64,000 nucleotides of DNA, taken from the NCBI GenBank assembly GCA_035463475.1, contig DATHTE010000133.1:3056-67055 (forward strand), written 5' to 3'. Shown one piece after another: positions 53,807 to 63,193 of this stretch. Both the position numbers and the translations under genes were made by a program. How positions within the stretch are numbered: position 1 is the stretch's first letter; every line of letters starts with the position of its first letter. A model generated the notes under the pieces. The model was not told the DNA's origin and made no database searches. It saw nothing but the letters and a program-made list of their open reading frames with translations. This DNA is from Vicinamibacterales bacterium (lineage in GTDB: Bacteria > Acidobacteriota > Vicinamibacteria > Vicinamibacterales > 2-12-FULL-66-21).

Positions 53807-55663
53807 TCACCGCCCCGGCAGCAGCCAGGTCGTCAGCCACGGCACGTAGGTGATGAGCAGCACGCCCACGGCCAGGATGATGAGCGGCGGGACCACCGCG
53901 CGGAACACTTCGAACACCGGGCGATCGAATCGATAGGATGCGAGGAAGAGGTTCAGGCCAACTGGCGGCGTCAGGTACCCGAGCTCCAGGTTTGCCACGA
54001 AGATGATCCCGAGGTGCACGGGATCGACACCGAACGCGGCCCCGAGCGGCGCGATCAACGGGACGACGACGATCATCGCCGAGAAGATGTCCATCAGACA
54101 CCCGACGATGAGCAGCAGGCCGTTCAAGGCGAGCAGGAACATCGCGCGCGACTCGATGTGCTGCTGCGTCCAACGAAGCAGCTGGCCGGGCACGTCGGCC
54201 GTCACCATGTAGCTGGTGAGGCCGACGGCCACGCCGAGAATGATCAGCACACCGCCCACGACCGCGGCACAGTCGCACGTCACGCGGCGCAGGTCTCCCT
54301 TCAGCCCGATCTCCCGGTGGATCAGGCCCTGCGTGACGAGCACATAGAACGCGGTGACGGCGGCCGACTCGATGGGCGTCGCCCAGCCGCTGAAGATCGA
54401 CACGATGATCACCAGCGGCGCGAGCGCCTCCCATTTCGCCTCCCAGAGCGCGCTCCACGCCTCGCCCGCGCGGAACGGCGCGCGCGGCGTCCGCCCGACG
54501 AGCCCCTCGCGAATGCCCCACGCGGCGACCATCGTGGTCAGCAGCAGGCCGGGCAGCGCGCCACCGGCGAAGAGCTCCTCGACGGGCACCATCGCGATCA
54601 CCGCGTAGACGATGAGAGGGAGCGCCGGCGGAAGCAGCAGGCCGAGCGAACCAGACGCGGTCATCAGGCCGAGCGCGAAGCGATCGCGGTAGCCGTCCCG
54701 CAGCAACGCAGGGAACAGCAGGCCGCCGAGCGCGAGAATCGTCACGCCCGAGCCGCCGGTGAGGACGGTGAAGAACGAGCAGAGGATCGCGGCGACGACG
54801 GCGGTGCCCCCCGGCATCCACCCGACCCACGCGCGGAACAGCCGCAACAACCGGTGCGAGGCCCGGCCGTGCGCGAGGACGAACCCGGCGAGCGTGAACA
54901 GCGGAATGGCGGGAAGCGTGGGAGAAACAGCGAGGGCGTACGTCTCGATGAGCACGGCGACGGGTGCGAACCCCTCGGCGAGGAACAACAGCAACGCGGC
55001 GCCGCCCAGCACGGCGTAGATCGGCGTTCCGAGCACGCCGGCGCCGATGAGGAGGGCCATCGCGATCGTCAGGCCGGGACCGCCGAGGACGGCCGGCTTC
55101 CACAGGACGAGCGCGCCGGCCACGAGTCCGGCCGCCGCGAGGGCCCGGCGCCGCGCGTCCGGCGCGGCGTGCCGCACCAGCCGGATCGCGATTGCCGCGA
55201 GCGCCAAGGGCAGCACGATCTGTACCGTCCAGACCGGGATGCCGAACGCCATCTCCTGTGCGAGTTCCCGTTGCGTCACGATGAGCTGCACGGATCCCCA
55301 GAAGAGCATCACCGTGACGGCGGCGGCCATCGCGCCCGCGAACACCCCGGTCACGCGGCGCGCGGCATCCGGCAGCAGCGCGCCGCTCCCGAGCGCGAGC
55401 AGGCGGTTGTCGCGCGCGGCCAGCGCGGCGCCGACGAAGCCCACCCAGAGCGTGAGGTGCTGCACGATCGACCCGGCGCCAGGGATGCCGCTGGTGAGCA
55501 GCCGCCGGACGAGGATTTCTGCGAGCGGCAGCGCCGTCATCACGAGCAGCGCGAAGGCCGCGACGTGCTCTTCGACGCGGCCGGCCAGCGCGCTAACGCG
55601 TGAACGCGGCTCCCTGCCGGCGGAAGGCATCGCGCTCGCGGAGGGCGGCAGCGTAGAAGTCAT
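53807..55663 (-). CDS. TRAP transporter fused small/large permease (DctQ-DctM)
   Basis: 618 aa with a DctQ-like N-terminal 4-TM part and a DctM-like 12-TM part. Its 5' end overlaps the upstream DctP-like gene, so the exact start is uncertain (alternative ATG at complement 55630). Confidence 0.85.
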   Translation of the reverse strand: MTSTLPPSASAMPSAGREPRSRVSALAGRVEEHVAAFALLVMTALPLAEILVRRLLTSGIPGAGSIVQHLTLWVGFVGAALAARDNRLLALGSGALLPDAARRVTGVFAGAMAAAVTVMLFWGSVQLIVTQRELAQEMAFGIPVWTVQIVLPLALAAIAIRLVRHAAPDARRRALAAAGLVAGALVLWKPAVLGGPGLTIAMALLIGAGVLGTPIYAVLGGAALLLFLAEGFAPVAVLIETYALAVSPTLPAIPLFTLAGFVLAHGRASHRLLRLFRAWVGWMPGGTAVVAAILCSFFTVLTGGSGVTILALGGLLFPALLRDGYRDRFALGLMTASGSLGLLLPPALPLIVYAVIAMVPVEELFAGGALPGLLLTTMVAAWGIREGLVGRTPRAPFRAGEAWSALWEAKWEALAPLVIIVSIFSGWATPIESAAVTAFYVLVTQGLIHREIGLKGDLRRVTCDCAAVVGGVLIILGVAVGLTSYMVTADVPGQLLRWTQQHIESRAMFLLALNGLLLIVGCLMDIFSAMIVVVPLIAPLGAAFGVDPVHLGIIFVANLELGYLTPPVGLNLFLASYRFDRPVFEVFRAVVPPLIILAVGVLLITYVPWLTTWLLPGR

Positions 55664-56597
55664 CCGGCACCAGGCCCTTCATCGCGTCCGCGAAGCGCTG
55701 GCCCTCGGCGGACCAGCCGTCGCCGGACGTGGTGGTGACGATCAGTCCCTTCCTCCGCATCACCTGGACGGACTCGTCGTCGTGTTTCGGGATCTCGCGC
55801 TCGAGCCGCGCTTCGACCGTTTTCGCGGCCTGCAGGATCGCGGCGCGGTCGTTCTCGTCGATCGCGCGCCACGCGCGCAAGCTGATCACGGTAGCGCCGA
55901 TGAAGGGGGTGACGGGCACGTCGAGCATGTACCGCGCCCGCCCGTACCACTGCGAGAACAGCATGACGGTCGGCGTGGTCGGCACCGCCTCGATCATGCC
56001 GCTCGTCAGCCCGGTCAGGATGGCGGTCGTCGGCAACCCGATCGGCCGGTAGCCGTGCCGCTGGTAGATGGCGATCATCTCGTCGTCACCGGCCGTGGTC
56101 CACATCTTGAGCGCCTTCAGATCGTCGAGGGTCTTCACCGGCTTCGTGCTGAAGAAGCGAACCCAGCCCGCATGACCCCAGTGCAGCAGCGCGTATCCGC
56201 GTTTCTCCACGCGCTCGCGGAGCGAGGGGGTCAGCCGCGCGAGGACGTGGTTCAGCTCGGGGTACGACTGGAAGAACAGCGGGATGCTGAAGACGTTGAA
56301 CGCGGGATCGATGCGCGCGAGCCCGTTCAGGGTGAACGCCGCCGCCTCGATGGTGCCGCTCTGCAGCTTCAGCAGCACGGTGTTCTCGTCCCCCTGCTGC
56401 CCGCTCGGGTAGACCGTGCCGCGCACGCGTCCCTCGGTGGCGCGCGCCCAGTCCGACCGCATCTGCTGGAGGGCGTTGTCCCAGACCGATCGCGCGGGCG
56501 CCAGCGATGCGATGCGGATGACCCGCTGCTGCTGCGCCGGCACGCTCGCGACCGCGCCGGCAACGAGCAGCGGGACGAGGAGAAGTCTGCGATTCAT
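55593..56597 (-). CDS. TRAP transporter substrate-binding protein (DctP-type)
   Basis: MNRRLLLVPLLVAGAVASVPAQ is the signal. Further matches: IRIASLAPARSVW..., GTVYPSGQQGDENTVLLKLQSGTIEAAAFT..., FSIPLFF. Confidence 0.85.
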   Translation of the reverse strand: MNRRLLLVPLLVAGAVASVPAQQQRVIRIASLAPARSVWDNALQQMRSDWARATEGRVRGTVYPSGQQGDENTVLLKLQSGTIEAAAFTLNGLARIDPAFNVFSIPLFFQSYPELNHVLARLTPSLRERVEKRGYALLHWGHAGWVRFFSTKPVKTLDDLKALKMWTTAGDDEMIAIYQRHGYRPIGLPTTAILTGLTSGMIEAVPTTPTVMLFSQWYGRARYMLDVPVTPFIGATVISLRAWRAIDENDRAAILQAAKTVEARLEREIPKHDDESVQVMRRKGLIVTTTSGDGWSAEGQRFADAMKGLVPDDFYAAALRERDAFRRQGAAFTR

Positions 56598-57523
56598 GGC
56601 AGTCGGTCCTCCGATGTGACGAACAGGTCGTCCACCCGGGACAACAGGTCGCGGGCGCGTTTCTGCGCGATGAGGTTCGCGAGACGCCGGCTCTTGTCCG
56701 CGTCAACGTCCACCGCGAGCGCCCGCTCGAGCAGGCGGACGAATTCCGCGCGATCGTGCGCGGGGAGCGCCACCGCCGTCGCCAGCGTCACGTACGCGCC
56801 GGCGCCGCGCCCGCGCTGCAGCTCCACGGCGCGCTCGAAGTGCGCCCGCGCGCGTTCGACTGAGCCCCCCATCTCCGCGGGGAGCGCCTCGAGCGAGATC
56901 AGCACCTCGTGGATCGCCCCTTGCCCGAACGTCGGATCCAGCGCCAGCGCGCGGTCCATGAGGGCGCGCACGATGGGCATGTCGCCGACCAGCGCGGGCC
57001 GATCGAGACCGAGGCTGACCGCGGCGCCCCACGCCGCGCCGGTCCAGTAGAGCAGCGGCACGTCGCCCTTCTTCTTGACGGCCAGCAGCGCCGCACCCGG
57101 GTCGGGGCCGGCGTTCAGCCGCGCGGGCAGCCCAGGATGCGCCACCTCGATGGCGCGGAGGCAGTAGTCGCGCGCGCGCAGGTACAACTTCAGGCTGCGC
57201 TCGCGCACGGCCAGCGACCGCTCGTACTCACGCGCCTCGAGGGCCTCCGCCTCCGGTTCCACGAACGCGTAGCTGTACTGCGTGAAGCCGCTGCAGGTGG
57301 CGAGCAGCAGCCCGCGGTGACGCGGGAGGGATTCGAGCAGCGATTCGTAGGTTTTCAGCGCGAACGGCACGGCGTCGCGGACGAGCTCCGGATCGTCGTC
57401 CGAGGCGAACGTTTCGCCGCTGGTGGACAGGGTGTCGGCGACGCTCTTCAGCGCGAGCGTTTTCAGCGCGCACCCTTGCGACAGCACCAGCACCAGTGCA
57501 CCGACGGCGGCGTGTGCACGCAT
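56594..57523 (-). CDS. TatT-like TPR/helical lipoprotein associated with TRAP transporters
   Basis: LVLVLSQGCA is a lipoprotein-like signal. FASDDDPELVRDAVPFALKTYESLLESLP... is helical-repeat sequence. There is a 4-bp overlap with the DctP-like gene. The family call is from memory of TatT component proteins. Confidence 0.65.
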   Translation of the reverse strand: MRAHAAVGALVLVLSQGCALKTLALKSVADTLSTSGETFASDDDPELVRDAVPFALKTYESLLESLPRHRGLLLATCSGFTQYSYAFVEPEAEALEAREYERSLAVRERSLKLYLRARDYCLRAIEVAHPGLPARLNAGPDPGAALLAVKKKGDVPLLYWTGAAWGAAVSLGLDRPALVGDMPIVRALMDRALALDPTFGQGAIHEVLISLEALPAEMGGSVERARAHFERAVELQRGRGAGAYVTLATAVALPAHDRAEFVRLLERALAVDVDADKSRRLANLIAQKRARDLLSRVDDLFVTSEDRLP

Positions 57524-57788
57524 ACATCCTCAATGGTAGAGGCCGGTCGTGTGAAAAGTCCTGAGCGGCGGCTGAGAAAGGCTGAATCGGCGCGTGCGGC
57601 CCGCTCACGACTCTCGCGGCACGAGCGGCGTTTGATGGAGACTGGTAAGCGTGATCGTACACCAGGAGGTCGCCGGGGGAAAACGAAACCGCAGAGATAC
57701 GCGGAGACGCGCGAGGGAAGCCGTCCAGCCGGCGCTCACGCACCGCCCGGACGAGAGAAGGGGCGCGTGAGCCCTCTGAGAGCCCGCT

Positions 57789-60464
57789 TCAGAAGTTCAG
57801 CCAGTACGACAGCTTCACCAGGAACACGTTGCTGGCCGGCGTGCTGAACACGCGGCCCACGTCGCGGCCGAAGCGGAAGTCGCCGTAGTCCGCGACGTTC
57901 TCCCGCCCCTGCTGCCAGACGACGAACAACGTCGAGCCGGGCTTGTACTCCCATCGAAGCACGTTGGTGGTGCGGAAGGACCGGTAGTTGAACGACGGGT
58001 TGCCATCGTAGGCGGCATACGCCGCGTACCGGTCGGCAAGCTGGTTCGCGCGGCCGTCCACCAGGCGCAGGAAATCAGTGTAGTCGCCGGCCGAAACGAA
58101 TGGCCGCGCGTAGATCTGGATCGACAGCGTCGGGGTGATGGTGTAGTTCACGCGCGTGTTCAGCGAGATCGTGCGCTGCTTCAGGTGCCCGAAGACGTAC
58201 TCGCCCGCCCCGTCCTGCTCGACCCACTGCGTCTCCTGGCTGAACGCGGACCAGCCCATGCCGGCCGATACATTGACAAATGATGCGGGGCGCACCGTCA
58301 CCGACGGCTCGAAGTCGAAGAACACGGGGCCGTGCGCGTACCGCCCGCCACCGAGGAACCAGCTCACCATCACGGGCTTCCGGCTGTCAGTATCCACGTA
58401 GCTCCAGCCGTTCCAGCCTGATTGGGTCACGGCGCCCGGGCCGCCGCGCGTCGCCCGATCGTCGAAGCCGCTTGTTTCGCCGTTCAATCCGCCGCCGAAC
58501 GCCCAGTTGCTCGTCAGCACCCAGTGCGCGTTGACGTTGCCCCCCATGTAGAGGCGGTCGCCGTCGAAGTTCCGGGCGCTCCACTGGTTGATGTTCCAGC
58601 GGAAGGATCGCACGTACTTGCCTGGCCGATCGTCGCGCCACTGCAGCCAGTTGCTCTGGTTGATGGTGTCGGCGCGGCGCATGAACCCGAGGTCGTTGGT
58701 GTCGAAACCGGGGGACTTGAAGGCCACGTTCGTCGTGAACCGCACGCGCTCACCGCTGATCTTCGAGAACGCCATCGAGCCCGCGTGGCCCGCCAGCGAC
58801 GTGCGTTCCGGGTCGAACTCGACGTGTCCCGCGTCCGGCCGCTGGAAGCTGTGGACCGTGCTCTCCTGGATCTCCGCGATGGCATTGGTGTCCCCGGCGA
58901 GCGCGCTCCCCGCCCAGTAGCCCGTCACCGAGTACTTCTTGAGGACGCGCCAGTCCCAGTCCACGCCTCCCGTGGTCGCGTTGCCCGGAAGCGCGCGCAG
59001 CGGGCTGTCCGTCCCCTGCAGGTCGCGGTTCGTGGAGGTGACCATGAACCCGAGCGAGGACTGGTTGGCGAACTCCTTCTTCGTGCGCAGGACGCTGTAG
59101 CTCGTGAACGGCTCCACCGGCGCCTTCGTGCGCGCCGCGCCATCCGCGATGACCGCGCTCTCCTGCCCCGTGAGCGCGTTGAGCGCGCCGATCCGGAACC
59201 CGCCGACGCGCCCCGTCAGCTTCGCCGCACCGAGGATCGTCGTCTGCGCCGGCTTCGTCCAGAACCCGTCGTCGCCGACCTCCGGCTCGAGCCGCGGCTG
59301 CCGTCCGATGCGCCGGCTGTAGAACATGCCGGTGCACGAGCCGTCGTTGCAGTCCATGTCGAAGTTGAACGCGCTCGAGCCCTCGATGAAGAACGGGCGT
59401 CGCTCCGAGAAGAACGTTTCGAACCCGGAGAGGTTCACGACCGCGGGGTCCGCTTCGACCTGGCCGAAGTCCGGGTTCACCGTAGCGGTGAGCGTCAGGC
59501 CGGGCGTGACCGCGTACTTCAGGTCGAGCCCGTACGACGCCCCCGGATTCCGCGTGTCCACGAGCGGGTTCCCGTCGCCGGGCGCGGGTTCCGTCTTCAG
59601 CTCCGCGACCGTATACGGTGTCAGTTCCAGGCGCTTCGGCGCGCGCGACATCTGCAGCCCGTTCAACTGGCCGAACTGCGAGACGAACCCGTTGCGGCTC
59701 TTCGCGATCAACGGCCACGTCGACAACTCGTTCAGGCGCGCGTTCTGCCGGAGCACCGCGAATCCGAACGTCGGGTTCGGGCTGGCCGGGAAGCGAAGCT
59801 GCGAGAACGGGATGCGGAACTCGGCTCGCCACCCCTCGGCGTTGCGAGAGACTGCGACGTCCCAGACGGCATCCCAGCCCTGGTCCTCGCTGCCGTCGTT
59901 GAAATAGTACTTGTCAAGCTTGACGCCCGCCGGGTTGACCGCGAACTCGTACGCGGTTCGGCGATCGTGGTAGGAGTCCACGATGACGCGCAGCCAGTCC
60001 GATGGAGAGTGGCTGTCGCGGCGCGTGAGGATGCCGACGATCTTCTCCGGTTCCGGGTCGTAGGCCTGCACGGCAACGTAGAGGGCCTCGGCGTCGTACG
60101 CAACGCGCGCGTCAGTCCGGAAGGTCGCGGGAGCCCCTTCCTTCGGTTCGCGCTGCAGGAAATCGTTGATGGCGTTCGCCCTCGTCCACGCGTCGTCGTT
60201 CAACTCCCCGTCGAGTTTGAGGGCGCTCGCTTCGGTGAGCGGGGCGGCAACGACGACCGCGGCGCCCGGGACCGCCCGGGCGTCCGCGCGCGCGCGGACC
60301 GGCACGTCGGTGCGATCGGCGTTTGCGGCCACCGCCGACAGGCTGAAGGTCAGAGCGAGCGGCAGCGCAGGCGTCCAGTGCACGAAAACTCCTCTTTTCT
60401 TACGGCTGCCAGCGTTAGACGGATTCAGGGGCTTCCGGGTTTGTCGCCGCCCGTCTTTTTTCAC
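57789..60464 (-). CDS. CBM9-like plus DUF5916 outer-membrane beta-barrel protein
   Basis: LDGELNDDAWTRANAINDFLQREPKEGAPATFRTDARVAYDAEALYVAVQAYD... is a CBM9-like N-terminal module. A long beta-strand-rich region follows, ending in aromatic ...LVKLSYWLNF. The GTG start overlaps the ppc stop (GTGA). Confidence 0.8.
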   Translation of the reverse strand: MKKDGRRQTRKPLNPSNAGSRKKRGVFVHWTPALPLALTFSLSAVAANADRTDVPVRARADARAVPGAAVVVAAPLTEASALKLDGELNDDAWTRANAINDFLQREPKEGAPATFRTDARVAYDAEALYVAVQAYDPEPEKIVGILTRRDSHSPSDWLRVIVDSYHDRRTAYEFAVNPAGVKLDKYYFNDGSEDQGWDAVWDVAVSRNAEGWRAEFRIPFSQLRFPASPNPTFGFAVLRQNARLNELSTWPLIAKSRNGFVSQFGQLNGLQMSRAPKRLELTPYTVAELKTEPAPGDGNPLVDTRNPGASYGLDLKYAVTPGLTLTATVNPDFGQVEADPAVVNLSGFETFFSERRPFFIEGSSAFNFDMDCNDGSCTGMFYSRRIGRQPRLEPEVGDDGFWTKPAQTTILGAAKLTGRVGGFRIGALNALTGQESAVIADGAARTKAPVEPFTSYSVLRTKKEFANQSSLGFMVTSTNRDLQGTDSPLRALPGNATTGGVDWDWRVLKKYSVTGYWAGSALAGDTNAIAEIQESTVHSFQRPDAGHVEFDPERTSLAGHAGSMAFSKISGERVRFTTNVAFKSPGFDTNDLGFMRRADTINQSNWLQWRDDRPGKYVRSFRWNINQWSARNFDGDRLYMGGNVNAHWVLTSNWAFGGGLNGETSGFDDRATRGGPGAVTQSGWNGWSYVDTDSRKPVMVSWFLGGGRYAHGPVFFDFEPSVTVRPASFVNVSAGMGWSAFSQETQWVEQDGAGEYVFGHLKQRTISLNTRVNYTITPTLSIQIYARPFVSAGDYTDFLRLVDGRANQLADRYAAYAAYDGNPSFNYRSFRTTNVLRWEYKPGSTLFVVWQQGRENVADYGDFRFGRDVGRVFSTPASNVFLVKLSYWLNF

Positions 60465-63097
60465 CCGGTGTTCCGCATGCCTGCCGCCACGCCGTTCACG
60501 GTGGCAACGAACGCTGACTCCGTCCCACCGTTCGTCCCGGCCCGGAGCCGCCGGAGGAGCTCGATCTGCACGAGGTTGATGGGATCGACGTAGGGGTTTC
60601 GCACATCGATCGATCGCCGCAGGACCCGGTTGTTCCCAACCAGCTCGGCGTGATTCGTAATTCCCAGGACCGCGCGAATCGCGCTCTCGAGGCGGCGGCG
60701 CAGGTCACGGCCGACATCCTGGAGTTCCTCACGGACGAGGCGCCTGTCGTACTCCGCCGCGATTCGGGCATCTGCCTTCGCGAGCACCATCTCGATGAGA
60801 TCGACCGCCGACCTGAAGAATGGCCAGCCGGCGTACATCCGCCGCGCACGATCGAGATCGGTATCCCCGGCAAATGCCGCCTCCACGCCGAGCCACGAGG
60901 CGAGCAGGAGTCGCGTCTGGGTCCACGAGAACTGCCACGGGATGGCGCGCAGCCCCTCTACGCCCTCCTTCGCGGACGATCCACGGCGCGCCGGGCGGCT
61001 GCCGATGTTCGTCAACTCCAGCTCGCGCTCCGGGGTCGCTTCTCTGAAGTACTCGAGGAAGCGCGCGTCTTCGATCGTGCGCCGATAGGCCGCGCGCGAA
61101 CGTTCGACGAAGCGATCCAGCTCCGCGCGGAACTCCGCCGGCGGCGCGGCCGGCGGCACGAGCGTGGCGTCGAGCGTCGCGGACACGTAGACCTCGAGCG
61201 TGCGGACAGCGATCCCCGTCAGCCCGAACTTCGCCTGGAGCATCTCCCCCTGCTCCGTCACGCGGATCGTGCCGTCCACGGATCCCGGCGGCTGCGACTG
61301 GATGGCGAGATACGTCGGCCCGCCGCCGCGGCCGACGCTGCCGCCGCGGCCGTGAAAGAGCGTGAGCTGCACGCCGGACGCGCGGCAGCCGTTGACGATT
61401 TCCTCCTGCGCGCGGTAGAGGTCCCACGCCGCGGCGAAGCGGCCGGCATCCTTGGACGAATCCGAGTAGCCGACCATCACTTCCTGCCGGCCGCCGCCCG
61501 CGTCGATGCGCGCGCGGTACCACGGAATCGCGAGCAGATCGCGCAGCACGGCTGGGGCCGCGCGAAGGTCCGCGCCCGTCTCGAACAGCGGCACCACGCG
61601 CATGCGCGGGGCGACGCCGGCGATCTGTTGCAGGTACTCCACTTCGAGGACGTCCGACGGGGCGCCCGCCATCGTGATCACGTAGGCGCCGAGCGAGTCC
61701 CGGTGCAGGGCTGCCGCTATGCGCAGCGTGTCGAGGACGTCGCCGTTCGGCGCGTGTGCCTTCACGCTCGTGGCGTCCGCCTTCAGGCGGACCGGCCGCT
61801 CCAACCTGTCGATCAGCCACCGCTGCCGCCCCTGTTCGTCGAGGCGGAGGTACTCACCGCCGGACAGGGCGTCAATCGCCTCCGCGTGCTTGTCTGCTTC
61901 CTGCCTGATGTCGAGCGGCACGAGCGCGAGGCCGAACACCTGCGCGCGGCGCATCGCATCGAGCAGGCGGCCGTTCGCGACGACCTCGTTGCGCGTGTCC
62001 ACGAGCGAGCTGTGACAGAGCGCGAGAGCGGCGCGCAGTTCTTCTGTCGGGATCGGCTCGTCGATGCGGGTGGCCCCCGACTCGATCGCCTCGGCGAGCT
62101 GCGTCCGCGTGAGCCGCAGCCGGTCGCGCACGTCGTGGAGCAGCGCGCGATAGGGTTCCCTGGACGCGCCCGTGTGGTCATGGAGGCGCTCGCTCCCGGT
62201 CTCGAACGACAGCTCGGCGACCAGTGCGTCGACGTTCCGCTCGAACAGGTTTGCCGCGACCCAACGCGCCATCAGGGTCGCCCGGCGGGTGACGTCCGGC
62301 GTCACGTGCGGGTTGCCGTCGCGGTCCCCTCCGATCCAGGAACCGAACCGGATCGGCAGCGCGGACGCGCCGAGCGACCGGCCCGTGTGGCGGACGAGCG
62401 CGCGATCCAGCGCGCGGTACGCCTGCGGCACGGCGTCCCAGAGCGTCTGCTCGAAGACCGCCAGCCCCCATCGCACTTCGTCGAGCGGCGTCGGCCGCGT
62501 CTGACGCACTTCGTCCGTTCCCCAGACGATCGCGATCTCCTGCCGAAGCTCGTCGAGCGTCGTGTCCCGATCCTGCGCCGTCAGGTCCGGGCGGTCATGC
62601 TCCGAGAGCAGATCGGCGATGCGCGCGTACGCGTGGATGAGCGTGCGGCGCGTGATCTCGGTCGGGTGAGCGGTGAACACGAGCTCGACCGACATCGCGC
62701 CGACCGCGGCGTGCAGCCGCTCCGGCGACACGCCGCCGCGGATCAGCCGCGCGAACGTCTCGTCGAACGACGCCGGCTGCGGCGAGGCTGACGGATCGCG
62801 CTGGTAATCGCGACGCCGGCGGATGCGGTGGTGCTGCTCGGCGACGTTCGCGAGCGTGAGGAAGTGCGAGAACGCGCGGGCGACCGTCAGCGCGCGCGCG
62901 GCCGGCAGCGCGGCGAGCAGCGCGGCCAGCTCCGCGAACGCCGCGTCTCCGGTCTCGCCGTGCGCCGCCTTCGACAGCGCGCGCACGCGCTCGACGGTGT
63001 CGAAGAGGTCCTGGCCTTCGGAGACGCGCAGCCGCTCGCCGAGGAGATCGCCGAGCAGGTGGATGTCGTCGCGGAGGGGCGCGTGGGCGTCAGCCAT
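60461..63097 (-). CDS. ppc: Phosphoenolpyruvate carboxylase
   Basis: 878 aa. Motifs: VFTAHPTE, GYSDSSKDAG, FHGRGGSVGRGGGP and the C-terminal MRNTG. Confidence 0.95.
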   Translation of the reverse strand: MADAHAPLRDDIHLLGDLLGERLRVSEGQDLFDTVERVRALSKAAHGETGDAAFAELAALLAALPAARALTVARAFSHFLTLANVAEQHHRIRRRRDYQRDPSASPQPASFDETFARLIRGGVSPERLHAAVGAMSVELVFTAHPTEITRRTLIHAYARIADLLSEHDRPDLTAQDRDTTLDELRQEIAIVWGTDEVRQTRPTPLDEVRWGLAVFEQTLWDAVPQAYRALDRALVRHTGRSLGASALPIRFGSWIGGDRDGNPHVTPDVTRRATLMARWVAANLFERNVDALVAELSFETGSERLHDHTGASREPYRALLHDVRDRLRLTRTQLAEAIESGATRIDEPIPTEELRAALALCHSSLVDTRNEVVANGRLLDAMRRAQVFGLALVPLDIRQEADKHAEAIDALSGGEYLRLDEQGRQRWLIDRLERPVRLKADATSVKAHAPNGDVLDTLRIAAALHRDSLGAYVITMAGAPSDVLEVEYLQQIAGVAPRMRVVPLFETGADLRAAPAVLRDLLAIPWYRARIDAGGGRQEVMVGYSDSSKDAGRFAAAWDLYRAQEEIVNGCRASGVQLTLFHGRGGSVGRGGGPTYLAIQSQPPGSVDGTIRVTEQGEMLQAKFGLTGIAVRTLEVYVSATLDATLVPPAAPPAEFRAELDRFVERSRAAYRRTIEDARFLEYFREATPERELELTNIGSRPARRGSSAKEGVEGLRAIPWQFSWTQTRLLLASWLGVEAAFAGDTDLDRARRMYAGWPFFRSAVDLIEMVLAKADARIAAEYDRRLVREELQDVGRDLRRRLESAIRAVLGITNHAELVGNNRVLRRSIDVRNPYVDPINLVQIELLRRLRAGTNGGTESAFVATVNGVAAGMRNTG

Positions 63098-63193
63098 AAA
63101 TGGGGTCAGACCCCATTTTTACGTTCTTCGTAAGCGGAACTGCAACGGTCCCGTCACTTACGTAAAACGTAAAAATGGGGTCTGACCCCATTT
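63098..63193. repeat. Perfect 26-bp inverted repeat filling the whole intergenic gap upstream of ppc
   Basis: AAATGGGGTCAGACCCCATTTTTACG at 63098-63123 and its exact reverse complement CGTAAAAATGGGGTCTGACCCCATTT at 63168-63193, separated by a 44-nt spacer. Each arm is itself a palindrome (AAATGGGGTC/GACCCCATTT). The left arm abuts the ppc ATG and the right arm contains the upstream gene stop codon. Confidence 0.95.
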
